DNA of 64,000 nucleotides, taken from NCBI RefSeq assembly GCF_018350175.1, contig NC_058368.1, positions 162,070,001 through 162,134,000 of the forward strand, written 5' to 3'. Positions within the stretch are counted from its first letter, which is position 1; the number at the start of each line of letters is the position of its first letter. This document shows, one piece after another, positions 1-12,289 of the stretch. The notes below the pieces were generated by a model. It was not told the origin of the DNA. It saw only the letters and a program-made list of their open reading frames with translations, and searched no databases. The translations under genes and the position numbers were made by a program. The DNA is from Felis catus. Taxonomy: Eukaryota.

Positions 1-620
1 TCCCAACCTACCTGGAAGCTGTCCCTAGCCCGGCCAAAAGTCTCTGTCTGCCTTGTCTTCTCCACATCCATCTCTCAGGTGATGAGTTATTTGGCTGGTA
101 GATGAGGGTCCTATGGACAGGTGGGCAGCTTGGAAAAGTGGCAAAACTCTATGTTGGGCTACCGTCTGTAGTCTTACTGACTGTTGGTGGGGTGTGTACT
201 CCTGGCTGTAGGCTAAGGAGTAGGGAAGCATGGTGACCATGAGGCTGCCAGCTGCTGCTTCTCATGGGCGCTGTACAGCTGCATGTTCACTGGGCACAGC
301 TTAGGCACAGGGACGTCTAGGAGCAGATAGAGGGCATCCAGGACAAAGGGTTGAGGCATCAACTGGTGGCAGGTGCCTGGCATGGTCTGCGTCTCCAGCA
401 TCTAGATCAAGTTCTTCATCTAGCTCATCTTACCATTCAATGGTGGGGAAGAGAATCGGTCTGAATGTGGCTGGAGGTGAAGAGCACGTGTAAGGCTGCA
501 GGCAGAAAGTCAGCAGGTGGAAGCTCTGGCAGTTGTGGACAGCCAGCTCCAGCAAGTCATTGAAGGCCAGCCAGTCCAGGGCCACACATATGGACCTCAG
601 GCCGGAGTCTGTGACCACTG
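1..620 (-). pseudogene. CHTF18: Processed pseudogene (retrocopy fragment) of CHTF18, the large subunit of the CTF18-RFC clamp loader; C-terminal region, continues beyond the left edge
   Basis: Stitched minus-strand frames give DSGLRSICVALDWLAFNDLLELAVHNCQSFHLL / FLPAALHVLFTSSH / KMS*MKNLI*ML / LDALYLLLDVPVPKLCPVNMQLYSAHEKQQLA / SLMVTMLPYSLAYSQEYTP / K*LIT*EMDVEKTRQTE. These are colinear with recalled human CHTF18 (DSSLGAVCVALDWLAFDDLL..FLPVAFHVLFASSH..RMSQMRNLIQTL..LDALCLLLDILAPKLRPVSTQLYSTREKQQLASLVGTMLAYSLTYRQERTP..KQLIAREIEVEKMRRAE). There are TAG stops at 420-422 and 402-404, several frameshifts and no introns. Confidence 0.92.
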
Positions 621-624
621 AAGG

Positions 625-880
625 AATTTTTATCCATTCATCCATGAATAGACACATAGATTGCTTCCATGTCTTGGAAACTGTGAACAGTGCTATAATT
701 AATATGGAAATGAAAAATATAACTTCAAGAACCTGATTTCTATTTTGGGGCCCAGAAGTGACATTGCAGGATTATATGGTGGTTATAATTTTAAATTTTT
801 AATTATTTCTCATAGTGGCTGTACCAGTTTACTTTACAGTGCACAAGGGTTCCCTTTTCTCCATACTCAGCTCAATGCTT
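625..880 (-). mobile_element. Old L1 fragment (end of ORF2)
   Basis: Antisense L1 hallmarks: tttatccattcatcc, catagtggctgtaccagtttac, gtgcacaagggttcccttttctcca; translation MCLFMDEWIK. Confidence 0.8.
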
Positions 881-1279
881 GTTGAAGTGAAAAACTTCAG
901 TTATTAATTTTTTTTTCCTGAAACCTGAAGGATTATTATAATACAAACTTAAAATGACATGAACGGGTAAACTCAACTAAATCCAAAGAGCTGAATGTAT
1001 CCTTATTTCTGTGATTCAGCAGTATACCAAGTAACAGAAAACAAATAGGGATATGCTTTTACAGTTCTATGCTTAGGCTTTCTGGGATACTGGTGATTGT
1101 TCCTATGGAGGGGAAAGAAGTATTAGGATAATAGTGTATTTGGTCAAGTTCTACAGTGTTGATTCTGAAGCACAATTGGTAGTTAGAGAAAATTATAGAA
1201 GTGAAACCCCTAAAACAGATGAAATTTGGGTATGATAAGGGAATATACAATTAGAAAAGCAAAGGAGAGCAGTTACGGG

Positions 1280-1760
1280 TCATCTTGTTCTTACACTCTT
1301 ACTGGTGAGATTATAAATTAACCATGTCTTCTTTGGATGTTGAATCTGATAAATATGTTTTACAGATATATTCACATATGGGCACAAGTATATATGTAAA
1401 ACGGTATTCATTTATACTTAAGAGTAAAAGCAAAAGACTAGTGGCAACCTGAGTTATCCATCTGTCCATATGGGACTGGTTGAAAAAAAATCATGATATA
1501 TCTGTACATAATATAAGATAAAATATTATACAGTCATTAAAAGGTGTGAGGCTACTCTACATACACTGATGTGAAATTATTTTCCAGTTACATTGTCAAA
1601 TAAAGATGAACAGTATTTACAGGAGGCTATAATTGTGTAACAAGATGATATTTGCATATACATTGGTTATCTCTTGAAGGATACATTACTATTATAGAAG
1701 TAGTTATAAGGGAAAGGTGAAATAGAAGACAGGATAGAAAAGAGACTTATTTTTTCCTAG
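1280..1760 (+). mobile_element. Highly decayed L1M(E)-type 3' fragment
   Basis: Motifs resembling the L1 3' end (actggtgagattataaatt, ggcaacctgagttatccatc, aatattatacagtcattaaaa). Confidence 0.5.
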
Positions 1761-1772
1761 ATTCCATTCAGT

Positions 1773-1773
<1 letters not shown>

Positions 1774-1823
<50 letters not shown>
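1774..1823. repeat. (TG)n microsatellite
   Basis: Direct read; explains the THTHTH ORF. Confidence 0.98.
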
Positions 1824-1829
<6 letters not shown>

Positions 1830-4259
1830 CTGTAATTTTGGAAATATTTTAGAGAATTTTAAAAAATCATATAAAATAACAATTTGAATGAAGTATTCAG
1901 GGTGAGGTTCCATCTGGGTATATAAATTGAAAGTTTTATGATATTTGCAGAGGGACATGTCATAATGCTGGAAAATTGTGATTAGCAGTGATTCTGCTAA
2001 TGGATGGGAGGCCTCTCTAGAGTATGATATTTTCCTATCTCTGGTAAGGACAACCAAAATATTGATGAAAGTTTACTCTGCCATCCTGATTCCTGCATGT
2101 TCAATGGATTGCTTCACTAAGTCAAAGGTTTACTTAGTTGACAACTGAGATTTAAAGAAAAACAACAAAAGGAAACGAAGCCCCAAGTGGCACTCTCTGT
2201 TGCCAGCTCATGGTGCTGTTTAGTCACAGTTGGCTCTGTGAACAACTTGGACGAAAGGCTCCATGTTGGCTTTATTCTGCCTCGTTATCAGCCTCCAAAC
2301 AACACTGAGCAGTGGGTGATGCAGCAATCTTTCCTCCTTGTCGCCCATGAGAAAGCTGGAGTTTTAATCTTCTCTCTTTCATCAAGCACTCAAGCGTCTT
2401 TTTCTGTGGGCAGCTTGATCTTCTGGTCCCTCTCCCAGCATGGCTTTCTATTTCATTCTGTACTCAGACACTTTGTATCAAAAACCAGAAAAGGAATCAA
2501 CTGGAGAGTATGACCTGAATATTTGTATTATTCAGTTTCCTAACTTATATTTCTGTAGGTGTGTTTGCTATTTTATACTGTGTTCAATCACTTATAGTTA
2601 AGAAATTTTTATTAACCTGTGGGAAGAATACAAACATAACTTTTTCAGAGTTTACATATTCCATCAAACCAAATAAATTAACTTAGAAGGTCTAGGAAAG
2701 ACTGAACATTTCACAATTATTTACAAATCATTTGCCTATAGTTTCTCAAAAAGACTTCTTTTTTTCTATTTTTACACTGACATGCATAACACATTCAACT
2801 TTGACTCTTAATATCCCTTTTTAAGAACCACAAAAAAAGATTCCCATGTCTATTAAAAATAATTAAACTTGAAATTAGGATCCTTGTTTCCATGGTCACA
2901 AATTTCAGTCATTGGAGTCTCAGTTAACCTGGCACAGTGAACTCAAGCTATTTCAAGTAGATACCTTCTACCAGCCAATAAATATTTCCTGAAATGTTTT
3001 GAACTGGCCTTATTATTCTGTGCATCAGATGAAGAAATGTTATATAGGAGACACAAGTTCTGAAATGAGTCTCTTCTGAGAAGTTTGTGGGCTAAGATGC
3101 ACCATAAACTCCTGAGGTGCTCTCTGCTCCAGAACAGAGACCATTTAGGCCCTTCCAGGTCAGAACCTGAACACCTAACGATTCTGTGTTATCTTCTTTC
3201 AATCACATTACAAACACAACTCTGTTTTCATGCTGCCTTCTTAACCAACCCTTTTTTTGGACTGTTCTAAGCCACTCAAACTTCTCTCTGTTCTTCATTC
3301 AATTTCAGCTTTTTATATTATACTTATTGCTTATGTCACACAAGTTAGCAACTCATTGGTATTACTAGTTTCCTGAATTGCTGTCAGTGTTTTCAAAACA
3401 CTGCTTCCCTTGAGAACGGGACCCATGACTTTGGTTGTCCCGTACCTTTATGTCCCCAGCATGGTGCTAGTGTTAGAAAAAACTCAATAAAGGCTTGCTC
3501 ATTAATGATACAGGAATGATTAGAGGAATAGTGGCTGCATTTTGTTATACCTAAATGAATCAAGGTTCAAATCCTATTTAAAACATTCAATTTAAGTAAT
3601 TAAATGATCTCTTGACCTTCCTGTGAACCTTGTATCAAATCTCTATTTTTTGTTAATAGTGACAGACAAGGTTATGGGAAAATGGCTTTGTGCTCAGTTC
3701 TGGGAAATGTTTATCATTTTCATATAATAAAATTCACTTTTCAATGAATAACAGACATTTTAAAAACATCTGCCAAAAGATTGTTTACATGGAACTGTTT
3801 TATCCCCCAAGAGAAGCCTATGTTCAGTTGGAAACTCAGATGTCCTACTTGGTCCCCATTGTCAACATTTCACGTAAGTTTATTTACTTGCTTCCTTCAC
3901 ATGGATGAAGTTGAATTCATAGTTTGCAGAACACATAATATTTTAGGCAGATAGTTCTCTTTCTGCTTATATGTTGGTAGCTAACATTGCAAAGATTGAA
4001 ATTTAAAAATAAATATTCTTAGTTGCAAGAAACACGTTGCCCCCACTTCTATTTAAGTGACTGCAGCCCAAAATATTATAGTTACATGCACTTCTATAGT
4101 ACATTTCAGACACAACAATACTAGATTGATTTTATAGCATAGTGATTTTGGGAGTCTGTGTATTATGCATTCTTCTAGCAACTTCTATTTCTAATTTTGT
4201 TCCATTTATAAGATTTGGATTAATTATTCTTCATGTTTAATTATTTAATGAATATTTTC

Positions 4260-4386
4260 CTTTCTAAGCTCCATGAAGGCATGATCCATATTTGTTTTTA
4301 TATTTCCATATCCTCAGTGCTTAGTTCTTGCAAATAATAGGTGCTACATTTATATTTGCTCAAAAATTAATGAAGAAATAATGAAA
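4260..4386 (+). mobile_element. L2 3' end fragment
   Basis: taagctccatgaaggcatg...ataggtgctacatttatatttg...aatgaa resembles the L2 terminus. Confidence 0.6.
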
Positions 4387-4689
4387 AAACAGGCATAATA
4401 GATTCTCTGTGGCTTGAAACTTACAAATTGGAATCTCTTAGAGAACTTCTAGTTCTAGTCCTGATGGATTGTTAATATTAAATTTACTCTTTTGCTTTTA
4501 TAAAAAAACTAAAAAATCTGGACAAAATATAGTTAACAGTTCTTTTCAAGCATTGAACATTACACAATGCAGGGAGGCATGCAGTTTCTTTTGTTGTCTC
4601 TTTAAGGAGATTTTCCAAACCATAATTCAGAAAAAATAGAACCCAGTCAGGATACAGAGATTTCTGCATGGGTTTCCAAAGTTATTGGG

Positions 4690-6010
4690 ATTTGGGGTCA
4701 GAATTCTGAGGAGAAAGACACAGAGAAGGACTGCCAAAAATCTAGATAAAAGCTTACCTTGGGTCTGGCCCAACTTCTAGACTTCTTATATGGAAAGCAT
4801 GTTCTGGAATGCCTAGCAGAGACCAGTACTAAGTGGCTGAAAACAGAGAAATATCTCAGAGTGTTGAGGAGTTACTGAAATTCCAACTCAACAAAAGTAG
4901 AGAAAGCTTTTTGGACACTATTAACTTCCAAGTGAAAATCCAAAGAGGCCATGGCTTGAGAATAGTTTAGCACCCTGAGCATGAGGGCCACACACTAGAA
5001 ATAAGAGCAAAGGTTATTTGGAACCACTTTAACAAAATCTAAAACCAAGCCAATGACAGAATCAAGATGAACTACCGGTAATTTTAGGACAAATTAACAT
5101 AAAATTTAACATTTCTAAGGAATAATATGATCATCTATAACTCCAGTATCTGGTTGTTTACAATGGGAAAAATATGGTGTAAAAGTTTTAGACATGAAAG
5201 CAAGTAGTAAACCAACTGATAAGAGACAAAATGGGCAAGAGAGGCAGACCCAGAAATGGTCCAGATTTGGAGTTAATAGATGAGGGCCTCAAAATGACTA
5301 TGAATGATATTTTAAAGATGGAAAAATTCAAAGGAGAATATATCTCTCACACAAAAAGAACCAAATGGAAATTTTAGAACTGCAAAATGCAGTATATGAA
5401 ATTAAGAACTCAATGGATAGATGCAGTAGTGGCCTGCAATGAACAAAAAGCATGATAAGTCATTTCCAAGACAGGTAAGCAGACCCAAACTAAGGCACAA
5501 AGAAGAGATAAACAAAGTATGAAAAAGGATGGAGTTGAAGTGAAAAATGTGACATTGTCAAAAGGTCTAATATATATGACTACACAGCAAGTGTGTAGAG
5601 AAAATATAAAAATCATTCACATAAAAGAAAAGCATGTGCAAGAAGGCTTCATAGCATCTTTATTAAACGTAGTCTCAAACTGAAAACTATACAAGTTTAT
5701 AAGTCTAGAATATATACATGGATGTGGCATATATATAAGATGAAAGAGTACTCAACCATAAAAAAGAATGGAATACAAATACACAATTTTGATGAATCTC
5801 AAAAGCATTGTCTTCAACTAAAGAAGCTATACTCAAAAAAGTACATATTTATGATTTAATTTATAGGAAGTTCAAAATGGTGCAAATTAATTTATAGTTA
5901 GAGAAGTCAGTGATTGTTACCTCTGAGTGCATCCTGACTAGAAAAAGTCACTGGGGAAGTTTCTGAGAAGATAAAAATATTAGGTGTTTGATTTGTAGTG
6001 TGTTATTTAC
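4690..6010 (+). mobile_element. Decayed old L1M pieces (5'/ORF1-like followed by 3'UTR-like)
   Basis: ORF1-like aaagaaccaaatggaaattttagaactgcaaaatgcagtatatgaaattaagaactcaatggataga; 3'UTR-like gatgaatctcaaaagcattg...aaagaagctatactcaaaaaagtacata. Confidence 0.6.
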
Positions 6011-6785
6011 TGTAAGTTTTTTATGCTTTATATTTTTAAAATGCAGATTACCAAAAAATCTCAATGTATAAATAACTAAAATCAATAACATTTATTATAA
6101 TATTTATGGTTACAAAATGGCAATTTGTTTTCCAGTAATAATATTACAGTGTCCAAGGCCATTTTGCAGGGACAGATTGTAGAAGAACTTAATTTTTACC
6201 TGGGAAACAGAATCTATATGTTCCAGCTTCAGACTCACAAGTGACTGACTGCAAAACACAAGGGAAATCACTGAGTGCTGTTCTCTAGGAGCCTGCCTGT
6301 AATGAGGACAGGAAGGCAATGTGTAAAGAAACACAATATAAATGAGACAGAAATGAGCAGGGAGATAGGAGACACAGGAAACTAGGGTGAAATACTTAAG
6401 ATAGGGTGGCTAATAAGGGATCTCTGAGGGTTTAAGATTTGAGATTAAAGAAGCAAACAAACCCAGCCATGTGTAGTCAGATGTTTCTTTGTGAAGAATG
6501 TGTAGCCTCTACTTTGTCTAAAATAGTTATTCTGCTGATTCATCATGAAATCACCTTCTTTTTTTAGTAGCAGATATAAATTGTTCCTATATCCTCATTC
6601 ATTGCTCCCTGATTTACTCAATCCATTCATTCTTTCGTTCAAAGATTAGAGTGTGAAGAAATTCAAACCAAAAAAATTACAGATTATCACAGGGTTTCAC
6701 GTAGAGGCCAGGAATCTCCAGTTCTAACACATACAGTTTATCCTGATATAGTACATTGAGGAAAAGAGCTATGCATTTTAAAAAT

Positions 6786-7017
6786 AATTTTTAAATGTGC
6801 ATTTATTTTGAGAGAGAGCGAGAGCGAGAGAGAGAGAGAAAGAGAGGGTGCAAGTGGGTGGGGGTGCAGAGACAGAGGGGAGAGACAATCTTAATCAGTC
6901 TCCACACTGTCAGTGCGCGGAGCCCTACATGGGACTCCATCTCACCAACCGTGAGATCATGACCTGAACCAAAATCAAGAGTCCAACACTTAACCAACTG
7001 AACCACCCAGGTGCCCC
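6786..7017 (-). mobile_element. Can-SINE (SINEC_Fc-type)
   Basis: tRNA-like head, CT tract and AATAAA tail on minus; TSD aagagctatgcatttt / aacagctatgtatttt. Confidence 0.95.
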
Positions 7018-9159
7018 AACAGCTATGTATTTTTTAAAAATGCAGTAATGCTATAATTAGATTTCTGGATTTTTCTCTTCTGTTTTGGCTTGTGAATATC
7101 ATTTTTAACTTAAACAATTTATTTTATTAGTATAACTCTCAGGTTTATAACCTCATTTGCAGTGTCAGAGACATATCATATTCCTTCTTGTTTCTTAGTG
7201 TACTTGCCATGCAAACCATTGAAACACTTAGAATTTCAGATATACAACAATGTAAATGAGCTCAGGTCCATATCAGATTAATAGATTTGATAGCCTTTTT
7301 TCTTTTTTCCCCTTTCCGAATCCTGTTTATTCTTCAGTATTTTATGTTTTAAAATGTCGAGTACATGGACAGACACATGTATATACTTTTTCTGAATAGT
7401 ACAGCTTTGCTATCATTCATGTCAGAATAATTATATCAGGTGAGAATTGAGTAGGATTTTAGAGATTTCTTTGTCCAATCCACATATTTGAAAAAACTGA
7501 CAATAGGAGATTAAAAAAAAAAAAAACCTCAGGAAACACAGCAAATCGATGACACAAATAGAATAAAGAGCCATATCCTGTAATTCATGACACAGAGAGA
7601 GCCCTGTAAATCCAACCACACTTATCAAGAACAGCCCCCTATTTAATACACAATCAAATACTTCCTGCTATTTTTAGTTTAGCTTTTTTTAAAAAAATAT
7701 TCTCCTATTATGTTTAACTTAGATTGTAAATTGTGTTATGACAAATACCATGGCTTAAACAACATTTCAATCCCCCTTTAGATGCTACTAGCATAGGGCA
7801 TTACACATAGCATTGATTCTAAAGGTAGTCGGTGCATTTCTTATTTCTTTTTCCAGTGGCACAGTGTATTACCACGTTAATAAAAGAGTAAATCCATGTA
7901 TTTAGAAAGAACAGAGGAAAAGTGGCCTAGGGAAAAGCTAGAACAAGCCAAGCAGGTCACCATGGTAACACCAGGTTCAAAACTGTCATTCTCCTAAAGC
8001 TGCTGCCATTTCTCATGTGTTCAGGATACAGCGCACCATCTAGTGGTTTCATTTATGTTCCTGACATTTCACGCCTTTCAAGCTCAACTTACAAACAAAC
8101 AAAAGAAAACACTCCTTATAGTACACACTTGTAGTTGTGGAACACAGTCAGAATTTGGTTTGCAAAATGAGTAGGTAGAAGTTTTGTCATTTACTGAATT
8201 ACTGTTTGTTCTCAATGCTTAAAAACTCATTTAGCAGAGGCATGTGAAAAATTTAAATCATTATTAATACTCTGTACAATACGTAAAATCTTGACTTTAT
8301 GACATATGCAGAGTTCTATACACATGAAGGCATTTATTCTGAGGAATTTTATTACTAAATCACTCACCATGATTTATTCTTCCTGAAAAGAAAAGAAAAA
8401 GACCTTTTTGGTTTCTTTCCTGTTGAAATCTAGGTACACGAAAGTAAGTGCCTTTAAGTATATTCACAAAAGGAACAAAAGTTTTGACTTAAATATTTTC
8501 TCTGTTCCTCACAGGAGAAACAAAAATAAAAACAAAATTCAGCCTTATTGGGGTTTTAGCCAGACAACCATGTTTATAAACAGAAAATTATATTAAAAGC
8601 CCAAGTTTGTGTTTCCCAGACATACAGGGAGTAATATATGAAACTGTCAAGATTATTTTCCTTTAGGTCCTGTAAAAATAATATCTAATTAACAGTTACA
8701 TTTATTTATACAGTTACAGAAAGTACAATAGAGTAAAACTGTTTTGTAGCTCTATTTGAAGGATCAAATTATTTTTAAGAAATGTTTTGTGTGTGTTCAA
8801 CTCTGTGTAGTAAGTCAATTTTCATAGTATCTATTGAACACTATACCATACCATTCTAACAACTCTCTCTTACCTTTCTATCTACTAATATCTAGAGACC
8901 CAGACTGTAAAAAGTCAAGAATGCAGGAATTATTTGCACAGCTCATATATTTTAAAAAAATTGTCAACATTTCAGATAAGCCAATGGGTTTATGGATCAT
9001 GCCTGTCTCATAGTATCTTCTATGCCTGGAGTAATTATTCTGTGTTCCATGGTCAAGATGTTTCATTCTCATTCATCCCTCATGTGTTACCTCAAGTACC
9101 CTTCTGCACAAAACTTTATCAAATCTTAGACTAACTAGCAACTTGATATGCCTGACCCT

Positions 9160-9300
9160 CAGTGGTTCTCAATTAATGGCTGCAAATTGGAATCATCTTT
9201 TGATGCTTCTGTTTATTCCCAGAGACTAACATTTAATTGATCCTAGATGAAGACTTGGTTATGGGAATTTTAAAGACTTCATAGGTGAATCTAATGTGAG
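9160..9300. mobile_element. MER5A-like hAT-Charlie MITE
   Basis: cagtggttctcaa terminus; cccagagact..ttaattg..taggtgaatctaatgtg. Confidence 0.65.
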
Positions 9301-10272
9301 CTCTACATTAGCTCCTCCTCTTTATATTGAAACAATCTGTCCTGCATTTCAGTATGTGAAAGTTCTATCTTAGTTGGCCTTTTATATCACTGGCGTTTAT
9401 CAGAGTGATAGCATAATATTTGGCACTGAAAAGATATTTATGGGGTCATGCTGACTAAAGATAACGACAGGGACTGGTGAATAGTGATAGGGTGATATCT
9501 AGGATAAAAGGTTATTAGGGAAATGTGATAAAAAACATAGAAGGCCTGGTATCCTGAGAAAGGTACAGGTGTGTTGAGGTAAGAATCAAGAATGTTTCTT
9601 AGAGCTAAGGAGGAAGCAGGAGTTCCTAGCATAATTGTTGTACTGGTAAAATATCAAGGACAAAGTAGCAAAAAAAGGAAATGATATCATGTGGTGTGTC
9701 AGCAACATTTCCTACCTAGTGCTGGTTTGTGGAGGACTGTGTGGCACCTGGCCATGCATCTTGCTACTTGAGTTTCATTTATCACAGGGCACCAGAGTGA
9801 CAGTGAAGAAAGAAAATTAGACCAGGAAATTGGTCCCAATAGCTAATATCTCTTCCCTTACCCCAGCACTTTGGATACAAAACCAAGGGAACAAAACGTT
9901 TAGAACATTCGTAACACTTTATTATGAAGAACAAGAAAATGAAATTTGGCCCTGTGTCTTGTACTCAAGATGCCCAATCATTTGACATTTACTCAGGGCA
10001 TGGCTGAGAAACGACACCATTCAAGCTCATGGCTAAACGAGTAAAAACAGTTATGTATTTTTGTTTGAGAGTTTTCTAAATGTAATTAAACCCAAGCCAC
10101 TTTTATTTAATAACTCATGGAGGCCCAGCCTCCGTGAGGTTTTAAAAATAAGCATACAAAGATTTGCTTTTAAATCTGTGTTACCTTGGTGTATTCTCAT
10201 ACCGATCTCCTACACATAAAAGAAGAGGTATGAAAGCTGAGTACTTGCAGTTGTATGATTAATAGATATGTC

Positions 10273-10449
10273 TTTTTTTTTAATGTTTATTATTTTTTGA
10301 AAGAAAGTGTGAGCAGGGGAGGGGCGGAGCAAGAGGGCGAGAGAGAGCACAGAGCCTGATGCAGGGCTCAAACCCACAGACGGTGAGATCATGACCTCAG
10401 CTGAGATCAAGAGTTGGATACTTAACTTACGGAGCCACCCAGGCTCCCC
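10273..10449 (-). mobile_element. Can-SINE
   Basis: gagatcatgacctcagctgagatcaagagttgg...gagccacccaggctcccc. Confidence 0.93.
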
Positions 10450-10595
10450 TGTTAACAGAAAGATCTTAACCACTGGGGTGAGCTGGCAGAGCTATCTTTC
10501 AGAAATCACGGCTCACATGGTTTCTAAAAGAAAAAATGAAACATCTTTATAAAACGAAAAACTGGCAAGAACTTGATCTCAGAATCAAGAGTCCA

Positions 10596-10748
10596 GGGGT
10601 GGCTGAGCATCTTAGTTGGTTAAGTATCCGACTCTCGGCTCAGGTCGTCGTCTCATAGTTCGTTAGTTTGAGCCCCACATTGGACTCTGCACTGACAGTG
10701 TGGAGCCTGCTTGGGATTCTCTAAAAAACAAAACAAAATAAAACAAAA
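10596..10748 (+). mobile_element. Can-SINE lacking the CT tract
   Basis: Head and body present, A-rich tail; TSD aatcaagagtcc / aaccaagaatcc. Confidence 0.88.
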
Positions 10749-10980
10749 CCAAGAATCCTGGAGAACCAGTCCCAAATTTATAATTGAAAAAAATTACTTA
10801 AATTTAGGAGTCTTTTCTTTTCATGTATTTAACAAATGTATTTAAGAAATGAATCGCAGGCTGTTATTTGTAGAGTAGCTTAGTAAGTTATCTCAGGGAA
10901 GGTAAGTACTATTGATTAATTGTTTCTACATATATGTCTATATTTATATACATATTTATATTTACATGCATATATAAATG

Positions 10981-10983
<3 letters not shown>

Positions 10984-11022
<39 letters not shown>
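10984..11022. repeat. (CA)n microsatellite
   Basis: Direct read. Confidence 0.98.
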
Positions 11023-11024
<2 letters not shown>

Positions 11025-11294
11025 AGAAAACACAGACCTAGAGAGATTAAAGAATTTATCCAAGCTCACTTACATAGTTCATCTATTTAAGAAAAATAAT
11101 TACTGAGAAGTTACTGTCCACCAGTACTTTTATAGGACAGAGGAGATAGTAGTGATCAAGATACAAAGGTACTTGTGACAAAGCTTACTTTCCAATGGGA
11201 AAAGCAAGCCATATAAATAAGTTTTAAAAACTCCAGTAGAGAAATAACTGGATGGCAATAATAATGGCAATAAGATCCATATAAAGAATCAAAA

Positions 11295-12289
11295 CATGCC
11301 AATTTAAAATTTAAAATACCATGTAGAAAAGCATCAAAATATTAAACTCTTAAAGATGCATTTAATAAAATATGAGTAAGATCTGTACACCTAAAGCTAT
11401 GAAAGCATTGGTTTTTAATCAAAATTATAAGACCTAAGTAAATGACAATATATACTATGTTCACGGATCAGAAGACTCAATGTTGCTAAGATATCAGTTC
11501 CATTTAACTTGATTTATAGATTTAATAAAATCCCAATCACAAATCCCTAAACTGTTTCATAGAAATTTACAAGCATATTCAAAGATTTATATGACAGTGC
11601 AAAGGGTCTAGAGTAGCCAAAACAATTTTAGAAAGGGACTAATTGATGATTCACACTATGTAATTTTAAGACTCACTCTTAAGCTGCATTAAAAAAAAAG
11701 TGATGATAAACATAGAGATCAGTAGATAGATTAGAGAATCGGATGTAGACCTCTGCATATATGGATGATTGTTTTTTTGGCAACAGTGCCAGGGTAACTC
11801 AATGGAAGGGATAATATTTTCAATGTACAATGTTCTTATGTTCCTATGGGAATAATACAAACACTACACATGCAGACTATATACAATAATGAACATAAAA
11901 TCAATTATGTAACACTTTGGAAGATTTTTTTTTTCAAATTTACACACACACTTCATCATACAGCTCAGTAATGCCTCTTGAAATGAAAATTACATCCTAT
12001 GACAATGACTCAAATGTTTATAACAACTTTAAGTGTAATTGCTAATAAATTAAAAAACCTTAAAAGTTCATTACCTGGTGAATACATAAACAGATTTGTG
12101 GTGTATCTATCTAGTGGATAAAAAGCAATGAAAAAAAAATGAACATCAGATTGATTCAACAACATGGCTGAACTTACAACAAATAATCATGTATGAAAGA
12201 AACCAGACACAAAACACTACATATGGTTTTATTTCATTTATTTGAAGGCAGATTATTGATTAGCAGGTTACGGAAATGCTCTTTATATT
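11295..12289 (+). mobile_element. Old L1M ORF2-3'UTR fragment; resumes briefly after 13433
   Basis: ORF2-like atgttcacggatcagaagactcaatgttgctaagat, tagatttaataaaatcccaatca; 3'UTR-like gaaagaaaccagacacaaaac. Confidence 0.75.

Noticed and set aside
1704..2057. 117-aa ORF with a TH repeat
   Set aside because: Translation of a (TG)n microsatellite.
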